From the NCBI RefSeq assembly GCF_028641065.1, contig NC_073382.1, positions 63,736,001 to 63,800,000 of the forward strand: a stretch of DNA of 64,000 nt. The letters are read 5' to 3'. The notes under the pieces were generated by a model. It was not told the origin of the DNA. It saw nothing but the letters and a program-made list of their open reading frames with translations, and did not search any database. The DNA comes from Leucoraja erinacea (taxonomy: Eukaryota). The translations under genes were made by a program, and so were the position numbers. Below, in pieces: positions 23,677 through 35,350 of this stretch. How positions within the stretch are numbered: the stretch's first letter is position 1; the number at the start of each line of letters is the position of its first letter.

Positions 23677-24262
23677 CAGGTGGCACCAGCAATGGCTGCC
23701 TTGCCAACAGTCTGTCTGCCCCTTCCTTCTTTGTTGCTTGTATGCGTTAAATGTATGTTTTTAGTGTTCTTTAGCTTGTTTTATGTGGGGGCTGGGGGTG
23801 GGATTGGGGGAAATTTTTTCTAATCTCTCACCTCGATGGAGATGCGATTTCCCCCCCAATCATATCTCCGTCCGCACTGCGGCCTAACATCGAGAACATG
23901 GCGGCCTTTGCTGGAGACCAACTTGAGAACTCCACAGCAGCCTGTGGACTTAACATCACGGAGCTTGCGAGCCCTGTCGGGGGTCGACTTTGGGGCCCCA
24001 ACCGCGGGGCCTGCTGACTTTAACATCATGGAGCTCGCGGTCTCTGGTTCAAGACCGACTTCGAAAACTCCAAGCCGCAGGAGCTTCAATCGCCACGACG
24101 TGGGAGATTCGACCGCCAGCTGTGGGAGCTTCGATCGCCCCAACTGCAGATGGTTCGACTGCCCCGACTGCGGGAGAATAAAAGAGAAAAAAGATTGGAC
24201 TTCTTTGCCTTCTTTCACAGTGAGGAACGTGGGTTTGACCTTGAAACCTTGAAACCTATTCA
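23677..24262 (+). mobile_element. GC-rich non-autonomous retroelement (copy C)
   Basis: Head GGTGGCACC...CAGTCTGTCTG, G-run, GGAGATGCGAT, repeated GGACTTAACATC motif, CACAGTGAGG, and a (CCTTGAAA)n-like tail. Related to 36245-36777. Confidence 0.68.
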
Positions 24263-24279
24263 AGTGTTCAAGTCTCTCT

Positions 24280-25118
24280 ATGGGGGTGACGTTGAGTATG
24301 GCTTCCCAGCCTGCAGCTGTCTGTCTTTTCACCCTTTAAAATTTTTTTTAGTATGTTACAAAGTTTTGTTTTGGAGCTCTAGTCTTTTTATGTGGGATGG
24401 GGGGGGGGAACTTTTTTCTCAGTCCCTACCTGGTCGGAGATGTTTCTTTCCCCAGAGCTGCATCTTCGCCCTCCTTTCGCAGCCTACCAACTGGACTGGA
24501 GCGGCGTTTCCTGCCGGGACCAGTTGGAAATTCAGCTTCGGCAGTGGCGCAGCATTGAAGTACCAGCGCGGAGTGGGCGATGCCTTACCCGGGTCATCGT
24601 GTGCTAAGCTCCAGAGTGCTGTGACCGCTGACTACAACATCGCGGAGATGTCGTTGCGGAGCGTCCAGCCGCGGGCGGCGCTGACTTGAAACTGAGCCTG
24701 GGATCTCTAGCTGAGATCACCAGTGTTGGAGCTCCGACCAGTGAAGCCTGTGGACTTCGGGAGCCGCAGTCTCCGGTAGGAAGCGGCCGTTCCAGACACT
24801 CCAAGCCGGTGAATAGTGTTCTCCCGACGCCGGAGCTCAATCATCCGGCGAGTGGGCCTGAAACATCAGACCGCCGTCGCTGAGACCGCGGAGGCCTCAT
24901 AATGGCCCCGACCACGGGTGAACAAGAGGAAGAGGACTGGACTTTGTTGCCTTCCCTCACAGTGGGAACCATTGTGGGGGGATGTTTTTATGTTTAATGT
25001 TAAATTCTTCTTTGATGTGTTTTTTTTTTAATTGTTGTGCTGCAAATGGCAACTCAAATTTCACTACACCAATTGGTGTAAGTGACAATAAATGTCCTTT
25101 GCCCTTCAGCCCTTTGTC
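24280..25118 (+). mobile_element. GC-rich non-autonomous retroelement (copy D)
   Basis: Head ...CAGCTGTCTGTC, G-run, GGAGATG, GC core, CACAGTGGG. 3' hairpin TACACC-AATT-GGTGTA, then GTGACAATAAA and a CCTTTG tail. Confidence 0.7.
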
Positions 25119-25119
25119 T

Positions 25120-25440
25120 AAACACTTCAATGCTGTCATCAATTCATCTTTGACCACCTGCTCATTTCAGTTACTTACCATTCTCTGAGCAAAGAAGGTC
25201 ACGACATATCCCTTATAAATCTATTTGCTCCTACCCTAAACGTATGGCCTCTGGTTTTATCTATCTCTGATGTGGGGAAATGTTTCCTGCAGTCTACCCT
25301 ATCTATACTCCTCATAATGTTATATATCTCAATTATGTCCCCTTTTTTAAAATCTGAATTGCTTCAGTGATAAAACACCTTATAACTGAACTCCTCCATC
25401 TAGGTGACTTTCCTCTGCACCTTCTCTGGCTCTCTCACAT
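25120..25440 (-). mobile_element. Decayed CR1 3' fragment
   Basis: Antisense CR1 remnants such as CCTAAACGTATGGCCTCTGGTTTT and CTACCCTATCTATACTCCTCATAAT. Confidence 0.55.
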
Positions 25441-25504
25441 CAAAATTGACAAGTTTAATGGTGTCCCCATCTCCAAAGAGATAAATCATTAGAAAGTATT
25501 TTTG

Positions 25505-25735
25505 CTCCACATGGATTGTTTTTGGAGATGTAACCAAAAAGGTTGATGAGAGTAAATGTTGTCTATATGAATTTCAACAAGGCGTTTAACAAAGTTCTGC
25601 ATGGTTGTCTGTCCTGGAAGGTTAGATCACGTGGGATCCAGGGAGAGCTAGCAGATTGGATAGAAAATTGGCTTCATGGAAGGAAGCAGTGTGATGATAG
25701 CTACTGTGGTACACCTGTGGTGTGCCTCAATGATT
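25505..25735 (+). mobile_element. Old CR1 RT fragment, part 1 (continues at 29288-29371 and 30630-31470)
   Basis: VVYMNFNKAFNKVLHG...GIQGELADWIENWLHGRKQ, ending in GGTGTGCCTCA (GVPQ). Confidence 0.8.
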
Positions 25736-26204
25736 CAGGGCTGCCGACTCTCACGCATTGAGCATGAGAATCACGCATTTGGTCAAATTCTCACGCTCTC
25801 GCGCTGATCATAAATTTCTCTGTCGAAAATTTCAAAACTCATATCCACTGCATAGGCCACGGGTGTTGGAGAGCCGGGGCTGAGGGAGGGATGGAAGCAT
25901 AAGCAGTGGCAGGGGCAGATGTGGACGGAGAGCTGTGGCTGGTGAGTGTTTGCCGGGCATGGTGCAGCCTCAATGCAAGAGTCCTGGGCCGTTGGAAACA
26001 TTGCGCCGCTGCCGTGAGAGTCTGTGCCGAATTTGCCCAGGTGACTGGCATGGATCAGGCTGCGGCTCTGTGCATCCTGGAGAACAACCAATGGCTGCTG
26101 AAAGTAAGTACCAAGTATTGGGTAGAAACGGTGGACGAAAGTGGCCTTCAAATGGGGGTGGTTGGAGAAAGCATCCTGCTTGCCTGCTAGATTTTCACTT
26201 AATG

Positions 26205-26780
26205 TAAATGGAGGAAAAATGTTCCCGATGTTGGGGGAGTTCAGAGCCAGGGGCCACAGTTTAAGAATAACGGTGTTGGCTAGTTAGGACTGAGATGAGG
26301 ACAAACTATCTTCACGCAGGGAGTTGTGAATGTGGAATTCTCTGCCACGGAAGGCAGTAGAGGCCAATTCACTGGATGTTTTCAAGAGATAGTTACATTT
26401 AGCTCGGGGCTAGCGAAATCAAGGGATATGGGGAAAAAACAGGAAAGAGGTACTGATTTTAGGTGAACCGCCATGATCATATTGAATGGCAGTGCTGTCT
26501 CAAATAACCAAATGGCCTATTCAATAAACAATGGGTGCAGGAGTAGGCCATTTGGCCCTTTGAGCCAGCACCGCCATTCAATGTGATCATGGCTGATCAT
26601 CCCCAATCAGTACCCCGTTCCTGCCTTCTCCCCATATCCCCTGACTCTACTATTTTTAAGAGCCCTATCTAGCTCTCTCTTGAAAGCATCCAGAGAACCT
26701 GCCTCCACCTGAGGCAGGTTCTGAGGCAGAGAATTCCACAGACTTCCTGCACAGAGAATTCCTGCACTTATTTTCTATGC
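26205..26780. mobile_element. CR1 3' end (+) with an opposite-strand CR1 3' end (26521-26745) inserted in its tail
   Basis: The + copy reaches AAATGGCCTATT, then the minus copy begins CAATAAACAATGGGTGCAGGAGTAGGCC, and the + tail resumes as CCTGCACTTATTTTCTATG. Confidence 0.8.
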
Positions 26781-26854
26781 TTGAGTATATGGCAATAAAA
26801 CTCGACCACTTGATTTTGAAGCATTCATGCATGGTGGAGGTATAATGTAGTCCT

Positions 26855-27076
26855 AGAGTGATAGTGTGAGAACAGGCCCTTCAGCGCAACATGCCCACAC
26901 CCGCCAATATGTGCCAGCTGCACTACCAGCTTTTGGTCCATATCCCTACAAACCTGTCCTATCCATGTATCAATCGAATTGTTTCTTAAATGTGGGGATA
27001 GTCCCTGCCTCAACCACCTCCTCTGGCAGCTTGTTCCATACACCCACCACCCTTTGTGTGGTAAACGTTACCCCTT
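26855..27076 (-). mobile_element. CR1 3' end fragment
   Basis: AACAGGCCCTTCAGC tail and antisense of VWNKLPEEVVEAGTI. Confidence 0.8.
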
Positions 27077-27612
27077 AAAAAGTTACCTCTTAAAAATACT
27101 TCAAATAAAAAACAATGAAATCATACTTCTACAATGCACTAAAACATGATTTGAACACATCAAATTTCAAAAAGTCCCTACCGTGGGAGGGGGGACAATC
27201 CTCTCCCACACCCTCCCCCCCACTCAGTTGCTCCACTCCCTCGCCAGGTATCCCCAAGGCCAGTGATCAGTGATCGCCCAGCCCCCACATTTTCAAAAAC
27301 GCTCCACAGCCCCTGGTTCAGACGGAGAACACTGCCAGATGTGAGCGGGAAACTGAGGCCAGTTGTCCATAATGTCTGGATCCCAATGCTCAGCGCTTTG
27401 TGTTTCGGAGTAGCCTAATGTTATTGATTTGTAATTAGCCTGATTTGTAATTAGTTGACAAAACCTTAATTTATTAATCCGGAATATCCAGGGGGATGGG
27501 ATAAGTGTAATATTAAGATGACATACAAGGTATCAGCAGGCATGTGCGGTCAGGGTAGGCAAGGTAGGCACTAACTAAAATTATGAAATGGCAATTATTA
27601 AATATAAATAGT

Positions 27613-27681
27613 AAAGGCATGGGAGAATTATGCCTATCTAAGAGATCGATCTCTTAGGTAGGCATAATTCTCCGTGCCTTT
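27613..27681. repeat. Near-perfect spacerless palindrome (about 34-bp arms)
   Basis: AAAGGCATGGGAGAATTATGCCTATCTAAGAGATC|GATCTCTTAGGTAGGCATAATTCTCCGTGCCTTT. Confidence 0.9.
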
Positions 27682-28178
27682 CATCCGCAGCACTTGTAAC
27701 ACACAGAGGTCTGTGCAGCCCACCTGCCGTCAGCGCTGCTTGAAGCCGTCAATGACAAGCGGGGCTGAAGGCAGCTGAAATTCTGCCTTTGCAGTACTGT
27801 GCATGTGCAGCAGCCTACTGTGCATGCGCAGCGCAAGTTTCTTGGTGGATTTTTCAAATATGGATTGTCATTATTTAATGAGTATCTTAGGAAACAATGA
27901 GTGAAGAATGGAGTTCGAGTACCAATAACGTGGTAAGTACATTTCTTGGTGCTTTATGTTTTTACAGTAAATACCGTATTTCCTGGGGTGGGGGGGAGAG
28001 CTCCTTTCACAGTGTTTGGGGAGTCTGGCCCGGGGTAAAGTTGCGGGGAGGGCAGGAGCGTTATGAAGGAGGGGATCGGGGCCAGTAACCCACTTGCGAC
28101 GCTCCGGGCACGGAGCCACCGCATTGTGGCCAAAGAGTGAATTCGCTCGGGTGGCTGCGAGTGGCCACCAGGACCAGA

Positions 28179-28449
28179 CAGCCCCTTCTGCCGGTCCCCG
28201 CTCACCTCTGGCAGTGCTCTCCATCTGAAAACCTCTCTCCTGACGATCGCCGGCCTTACTCATGCCAGCCACTTCCTGCAAATCCTTAAATTCCGACAGC
28301 GCGATCAAGCGACCAATTGAGGTTACTCGGCTGTGGGAATTTAAGGATTTGCCGGAAGTGGCTAACATGAGCAAAGCCGGCGAGCAGCAGGTGAGAGGTG
28401 TTCAGATGGAGAGCACTGCCAGAGGTAAGCGGGCCGGCAGAAGGCACTG
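28179..28449. repeat. Imperfect GC-rich fold-back, about 125-bp arms (MITE-like)
   Basis: CCTCTGGCAGTGCTCTCCATCTGAA and GCAAATCCTTAAATTCC are mirrored by GGAATTTAAGGATTTGC and TTCAGATGGAGAGCACTGCCAGAGG. Confidence 0.85.
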
Positions 28450-28644
28450 AAATGGCAGCCAGTTCTTCTGTCGGGTCCCAGCGGCCGCTCTCAGTCACCC
28501 AAGCTGCTTACTTCCCCAGATGGAAACTGATTCAGATGCGATGTTTAAGAGCTTGCTCAAATAAGGGGCATATTTTAAACGAGTGACAGAGATACTTGCA
28601 GGGGAATGTGTGAGGAGGTTATTATTTATCTTTAGTTTTAGCTT

Positions 28645-29168
28645 GAACCAGGACATCTGAAGATTCAAAGTTTAATAAATTTAAAGGCTGCATGGATGAA
28701 CTACAACAATTGTTCATCACAGTTTGGCAAAAGAATAAATCAGGGAAGGTAGTGCATCCGTGGATAACAAGGGAAATCAGGGATAGTATCAAAACAAAAG
28801 ATGAAGCGTACAAATTAGCCAGAAAAAGCAGCCTACCAGAGGACTGGGAGAAATTCAGAGTCCAGCAAAGGGCTTAATTGGGAAAGGGAAAATAGATTAT
28901 GAAAAAAAACTGGCAGGGAACATAAAAACTGACTGCAAAAGTGTTTATAGATATGTGAAGAGAAAGAGATTAGTTAAAACAAATGTAGGTTCCTTGCAGT
29001 CAGAAACAGGTGAATTGATCATGGGGAACAAGGACATGGCAGACCAATTGAATAACTACTTTGGTTCTGTCTTCACTAAGGAAGACATAAATAATCTGCC
29101 GGAAATAGCAGGGGACCGCGGGTCAAATGAGATGGAGGAACTGAGTGAAATCCAGGTTAGCCGGGTAG
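28645..29168 (+). mobile_element. Internal CR1 ORF2 fragment
   Basis: HPWITREIRDSIKTKDEAYKLARKS, then KRKRLVKTNVG...DMADQLNNYFGSVFTKED. Confidence 0.9.
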
Positions 29169-29287
29169 TGGCTTGAGCTAAAATGCAAAAGCTCCGTACC
29201 AATGGGAGGTGGCTCAGTTGCTACGCTCCCTTGGGCTAGGTCTCGAAATTTCTCACTCCCAACTCTCACCCAATGTTGGCAGCCCTG

Positions 29288-29371
29288 ACGATTGTTGCTG
29301 GGCCCATTGTTGTTTGTGGTGTATATAGATAATTTGGATGAGAACGTAAGTTTGCAGATGACACTAAAGTG
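29288..29371 (+). mobile_element. Old CR1 RT fragment, part 2
   Basis: [17 protein letters not shown], then AAGTTTGCAGATGACACTAAA (KFADDTK). Confidence 0.8.
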
Positions 29372-29372
29372 C

Positions 29373-30629
29373 ACGAATCTTATAGAATTTTTCGAGGATG
29401 TAACTAGTAGAGTGGATAGGGGAGAACCAGTGGATGTGTTATATCTGGACTTACAGAAGGCTTTCGACAAGGTCCCACATAAGAGATTAGTATACAAACT
29501 TAGAGCACATGGTATTGGGGGTTCAGTATTGATGTGGATGGAGAACTGGCTGGCAGACAGGAAGCAAAGAGTAGGTGTAAACAAGTCCTTTTCAGAATGG
29601 CAGGCAGTGACTAGTGGGGTACTGCAAGGCTCAGTGCTGGGTCCCCAGCTATTTACAATATACATTAATGATTTGGACGAGGGAATTGAATGCAACATCT
29701 CCAAGTTTGCTGATGACACGAAGCTGGGGGGCAGTGTTAGCTGTGAGGAGGATGCTCGGAGGCTGCAAGGTGACGGATAGGCTGGGTGAGTGGGCAAATG
29801 CATGGCAGATGCAGTGTAATGTGGATAAATGTGAGGTTGTCCACTTTGGTGGCAAAAACAGGAAAGCAGACTATTAGGTGGCCGATTAGGAAAAGGGGAG
29901 TTGCAACGAGACCTGGGTGTTATGGTACACCAGTCATTGAAAGTAGACATACAGGTGCAGCAGGCAGTAAAAAAAGCAAATGGTATGTTGGCATTCATAG
30001 CAAAAGGATTTGGGTATAGGAGCAGGGAGGTTCTGCTGCAGTTGTACAGGGTCTTGGTGAGACCACACCTGGAGTATTGTGTACAGTTTTGGTCTCCAAA
30101 TCTGAGGAAGGACATTATTGCCATAGAGGGAGTGCAGAGAAGGTTCACCAGACTGATTCCTGGGATGTCAGGACTTTCTTATAAAAAAAGACTGGATAGA
30201 CTCGGATTGTACTCGCTAGAATTTAGGAGATTGAGGGGGGATCTTATAGAAACGTACAAAATTCTTAAGGGATTGGACAGGCTAGATGCAGGAAGATTGT
30301 TCCCGATGTTGGGGAAGTCCAGGACAAGGGGTCACAGCTTAAGGATAGAGGGGAAATCCTTTAGAACCGAGATGAGGAAAAACATTTTTCACACAGAGAG
30401 TGGTGAATCTCTGGAACTCTCTGCCACAGAAGGTAGTTGAGGCCAGTTCATTGACTATATTTAAGAGGGAGTTAGATGTGGCCCTTGTGGCGAAAGGGAT
30501 CAGGGGGTATGGAGAGAAGGCAGGTACGGGATACTGAGTTGGATGATCAGCCATGATCATATTGAATGGCGGTGCAGGCTTGAAGGGCCGAATAGCCTAC
30601 TCCTGCACCTATTTTCTATGTTTCTATGT
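29373..30629 (+). mobile_element. 5'-truncated young CR1 LINE (RT domain to tail)
   Basis: [12 protein letters not shown]...[11 protein letters not shown]...[17 protein letters not shown]...KFADDTKL through to the TTTCTATGTTTCTATG tail. A few frameshifts. Confidence 0.96.
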
Positions 30630-31470
30630 ATTGTACATAGTGAAGATTGTTATCAAAGGTTACAACAGGATCTTGCTTAGTTGGGCAAGTGGGCAGACGA
30701 ATGGTTAGTGGAGTTTAATGCAAATATATGTGAAGTGTTGCATTTTGGTAAGTCTAACCAGACCATGACCTTCATGGTTAATGGCAGGGCTCTGGGAAGT
30801 GCTGTAGAGTATAGGGATCTAGGAAAGCAGGTACTAAGTTCCTTAAAATTGGTATCACAGGTCGAGGTTTTCGGCACATTGGCCTTCATCAGTCAGGCAT
30901 TGAGTTTAGAGTTGGGATGTTATGTTACAGCTGAGGTCACAGTTGGAGTATTTTGTTCAGTTTTGGTCACCCAATTATAGGAAAGATGTTGCACAGAAGA
31001 TATACGAGGACCGTTGTCAGGACTTGAGGGTCCGAGCTGTAGGAAAAGGTTGGGCAGACTAGCGCTGTATTCCTTGGAGCATAGGAGGATGAGATGTTAT
31101 CTTCGAGAGGTGTATGAGATCATGAGGGGAATAGATAGGGTAGATGCACAGAGTCGTTTACCCAGAGTAGGGAAATTAAGAACTCAGGACCCAGGGTTTA
31201 AGGTGAGAGGGAGAACTTTTAATAGGAAACTGAAGGACAACTTGTTCACAAAAAAGAATGTGGGCATATGTAAAGAGCTGCCAGAGTAGTTAGTTGAGGC
31301 AAACACTAGAACAACATTAAAACATTTTTTTGGACAGGTACATGGATAGGAAAGCTTTAGAGGGATATGGGCTAAACAGGGGAGGGTGGGATGAGTGTCG
31401 ATGGAGCACCTTGGTCAGCATAGACTGCTGGGCCAAAGGGCCTGTTTCCATGCTCTTTGGCTCTATGGCT
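30630..31470 (+). mobile_element. Old CR1 fragment, part 3 (with 3' tail)
   Basis: GKWADEWLVEFNANICEVLHFGKSN...YRDLG, ending GGGCCAAAGGGCCTGTTTCCATGCT. Confidence 0.85.
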
Positions 31471-32580
31471 GACAGAATGTGGCAGAAGCTGACAGTAATA
31501 TATCAAGTTGCACCTCTGCTATTTTCCTGTCTCTGATCCTCTTCGCTCTACAACCACACTGAAATTTCTTGTGCTGGGACTGATAGCCATCAAGTATAGG
31601 CCTAGGTTTCTTATTGTCCCATGAATGAGTGAATGAATAAGTTTATTGGCCAAGTATTCACATACAAGGAACAGTACAATGAAAAACTTTAGCTTGGGTG
31701 CTATCAAATCAAAACAGATAACATTATACACAAATACAATCAAGCCAAAAGCAAGTACAACATGTAAAAGAGATTTCAATGTTTGGACAGATTGTATGGG
31801 ATGTGTGATGAGTATCAACAGCTTGGGAAAGTGAAATGTGTATTAATGTGTAGAATGGAAGGCACAAGCTTATCAGAACTTGAAGTACAGGAGCTCCATT
31901 TCAGCGAGGAAGAAGAATCTTTGATCTCAATCTTTTGCAATATTTTTGTTTGGTCTGTGTTGTTTGCAGCCAAAATGCACCCAGCTTTTGAGAATAACAG
32001 GCTACCTTTAAATAGAGAGGAATGTGAAAAAAGTCCTGAATTTTCATGCAGCACAAATGAACAGCCAATTTTGTTATTAAATGGTAAGACTCATGGTAAA
32101 CATTTTTTCCATGCAGCAGATGACACACAACATTGTAATCATTTGTTTTGAGATAGTTTCTTTCATCAGCATCAAACCAGTGCAAGTTGACACAAAACTG
32201 ATACCGAAAAAACAGCTTGTATATCGGAAATGCTCTGTTGGTGTTCAATCTGAAATCTATATTTTGTTTGAGAAGTAGAACATGTTTCATTTATTGAACA
32301 TTTTATTTGTGAGTTTAAAAAGAATAGTGTATACTCCTATTAAGTATTTAAATACTGGAGATTGTGACTGCAGTGCCAAAAATAATAACAAAGACTTTGA
32401 TTATACAGAGGTACATTGAACATAAATGTGTCCAATAGAAAAATGAGAAAAATGTAAAACAAACATCATATTTCAAAGAGAAAAGATGAAAAAAAAACTG
32501 ACAAATAAACTGGTAACAGATGATTTTTTAATTTCCAAGGCTTTTTTTTAATCGCTCACTACAATTCTCTCTTCTAACAG

Positions 32581-32666
32581 CGACCTGGAACTGCAGACTC
32601 GATACAATCTATCAGAGATGCGTGCTCAATCCGGCCTGCTACAACTAATTCCGTTCTGTTTCCCAG
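32581..32666 (+). CDS. CCDC81: CCDC81 exon 5
   Basis: RPGTADSIQSIRDACSIRPATTNSVLFP(R), similar to human RPGTVDSVLSSR...VLAFPR as recalled. CAG acceptor, AG|GTGAGA donor. Confidence 0.92.
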
Positions 32667-33019
32667 GTGAGAACCTTTGTACATATTCAAAATTAATTAT
32701 TGAGAAGAACAGGAACATTTAGTGTTTTATCAATGTCTTTAAAGATATAATGACAATATATATCAATATTAACAGAAAATGTATTGTCAAGATTATAATA
32801 ATTTCTTATTGGCAGAATCACCATTAAAGATTGTTCTTGCAGTTAATTACTATACTTCAGAGGTGAACATATGTTCTGGTAAATTGAGTGCTGTACTGAG
32901 GAATTCTTTCATTAAAGAAGATATTATCTTTTAGATGAAATATTAAACTAAGTTGTTATCTGTCTGTTTTAATGGTTTAGAATTCTCCACAATAGGGAGA
33001 GTGAACCTGGTGTCTTGGT

Positions 33020-33775
33020 TATAGAATCATAGAATGTTTACAACACAGAAGAAGATCTTTCAGTGTATTGTATCCATGCTAGCTTTTTATCACACAAATT
33101 TACTAGCTCCACCCAATTTCACCTTCTTCTTAGCCTTAAAAAAATGGCTTTGAAACGCATGCTATTTAAAAACAAACTTGTTTTCATATCACCATTGATA
33201 CGAGGCCTGTCATCTCTAGAGCTCCATCTCTCCACCAGTGGGAACAGCCTCCCACTATCCATTATGTCCAGATCCCTCATCATTTTTTATACTAATCAGA
33301 TATCCTTATTTCTCCAAAGAAAGTAGTCCCAGTTTCTCCAAACTACCCCAGTAACTGAAATTCCTCAACTCAGGAATCATACTTTTAGATCTCCTCTGAA
33401 CACTTTCCATTATTTCCACATCTTTCCCATAATCTATCAACCAGCTCCATCTGACATCAGACTAGTGCTTTATAAAGTGTAGCATGACTTCCCTGCTTTT
33501 ATACTCTCTACCTCCAATGATTGTGCCAAATTGTACGTATCTTATTAACTGCTTTCGCCACCCACTTTGCCCCTTTTATTGCACTTAAATCCCCAGATTG
33601 GCCTGCTCTTGCAACCTTTATACTCTATTGCCTCTGCTTATTCGTCCTACCAAAATACACCTTGTATTTTCCCACACCAAACTTCATCAGGTATATGACT
33701 ACCTATTTTACCAGCCTGTTTGCATCTTCCTGCAATTTATCACTAGCCTCTTCAGAGTTGATAATATTGTTATTG
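33020..33775 (-). mobile_element. Old CR1 fragment interrupted by the young CR1 at 33776, resuming at about 34830-34930
   Basis: Tail ATAGAATCATAGAATG and antisense ORF2 remnants. Resumes as TTTTGCATCATCTACAAAT (antisense of FVDDAK). Confidence 0.7.
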
Positions 33776-34829
33776 TTTTCAGAATGGCAGGCAGTGGCGA
33801 GTGGAGTGCCGCAAGGCTCGGTGTTGGGGCCGCAACTGTTTACCATATATATTAATGATTTGGAAGAGGGAATTAGGAGCAACACTAGTAAGTTTGCGGA
33901 TGACACAAAGCTGGGTGGCAGTGTGAACTGTGAAGAGGATGTTAGGCGGTTGCAGGGTGACCCGAACAGGTTGAGTGAGTGGGCAGATGCGTGGCAGATG
34001 CAGTATAATATAGATAAATGTGAGGTTATCCACTTTGGCGGCAAACACAAGAGGGCAGATTATTATCTCAATGGGGTTAGGTTAGGTAAGGGGGAGGTAC
34101 AGCGAGACTTAGGTGTCCTTGTACACCGGTCACTGAAAGTTGGCTTACAGGTACAGCAGGCAGTGAAGAAAGCTAATGGTATGTTGTCCTTCATAACAAG
34201 AGAATTTCAGTATAGGAGTAAAGAGGTTCTTCTGCAGTTGTATAGGGCTCTGGTGAGACCACATCTGGCGTATTGTGTACAGTTTTGGTCTCCTAATTTG
34301 AGGAAGGACATCCTTGTGATTGAGGCAGTGCAGCGTAGATTCACGAGATTGATCCCTGGGATTGCGGGACTGTCATATGAGGAAAGATTGAAAAGACTAG
34401 GCTTGTATTCACTAGAGTTTAGAAGGATGAGGGGGAATCTTATAGACACATATAAAATTATAAAAGGACTGGACAAGCTAGATGCAGAAAAAATGGTCCC
34501 AATGTTGGGCGAGTCCAGAACCAGGGGCCACTGTCTTAGAATAAAGGGGAGGTCACTTAAGACTGAGGTGAGAAAAAACGTTTTCACCAAGAGAGTTGTG
34601 AATTTATGGAATTCCCTGCCACAGAGGGCAGTGGAGGCCAAGTCACTGGGTGGATTTAAGAGAGAGTTAGATAAAGCTCTAGGGGATAGTGGAGTCAAGG
34701 GATATGGGGAGAAGGCAGGTACGGGTTATTGATAGGGGACGATCAGCCATGATCACAATGAATAGCGGTGCTGGCTCGAAGGGCCGAATGGCCTCCTCCT
34801 GCACCTATTTTCTATGTTTCTATGTTTCT
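33776..34829 (+). mobile_element. 5'-truncated CR1 LINE with uninterrupted ORF2 C-terminal frame
   Basis: [29 protein letters not shown]...KFADDTKL...GYGEKAGTGY*, tail TTTCTATGTTTCTATGTTTCTA. Confidence 0.96.
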
Positions 34830-35135
34830 ATTACCTTTTGCATCATCTACAAATACCAAAAATATGGCTTGTGTCCCCAAGACTATGATCAAAAAGCAAT
34901 GGCCCTAACACTGATCCTTGGGAAAAGCCAGCATTCACCTCTTTTAATATGAATAACAAAAATTACCACAGGCAATAGAGGATCTATTGCCTATTATTAG
35001 TCAACATCCTAACCAGATCGCTAATATTTTATCTGAGATTATATTGAGCGTTGAGTTGACCTCCAGACAAATGGAAGATATTGCAGATCTGTCTTATGCC
35101 TTTTAAGTAGTAAATTACTTGTCACAACACCAAAA

Positions 35136-35350
35136 GACATAGGAGTAGAATGAGGTCATTTGGTCCATCGAGTCTGCTCCGCCATTAGATCACGGCCGAT
35201 CTAATTTTCCCTCTGAACCGTATTCTCCTACCTTCTCCCTGTGACCTTTAATGCCCTTACTGTGTAAGAAGTTATCATGCTCTGCTTTACAAATACCCAA
35301 TAACTTGGCCTTCACCGCTGTCTACTGCAATGAATTGCACAGGTTCACCG
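35136..35350 (-). mobile_element. CR1 3' end fragment
   Basis: ATAGGAGTAGAATGAGGTCATTTGGTCCATCGAGTCTGCTCCGCCATT, the antisense of a CR1 3' UTR. Confidence 0.75.

Larger units (their letters stand above)
25736..29287. mobile_element. hAT-like DNA transposon footprint filled with nested insertions
   Basis: Termini CAGGGCTGCCGAC and GTTGGCAGCCCTG (12/13 match). Flanks ATGATT and ACGATT. Subterminal TCTCAC repeats at both ends. Splits the CR1 GVPQ/GSVLGPLLF motif. No transposase recognised. Confidence 0.75.

Noticed and set aside
29123-30148. 341-aa minus-strand ORF, and similar ORFs at 34207-34698, 37595-37987 and 57575-58093
   Set aside because: Antisense shadows of CR1 ORF2 that recur wherever a CR1 copy lies. 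Not genes.
31783-32290. Cluster of 65-129 aa ORFs in intron 4
   Set aside because: No recognisable homology, and CCDC81 exon 4 joins exon 5 in frame without them.
33521-34732. 403-aa ORF as an intact or domesticated reverse transcriptase
   Set aside because: A chance fusion of antisense old CR1 sequence to a 5'-truncated CR1. It lacks the N-terminal RT motifs and the endonuclease.
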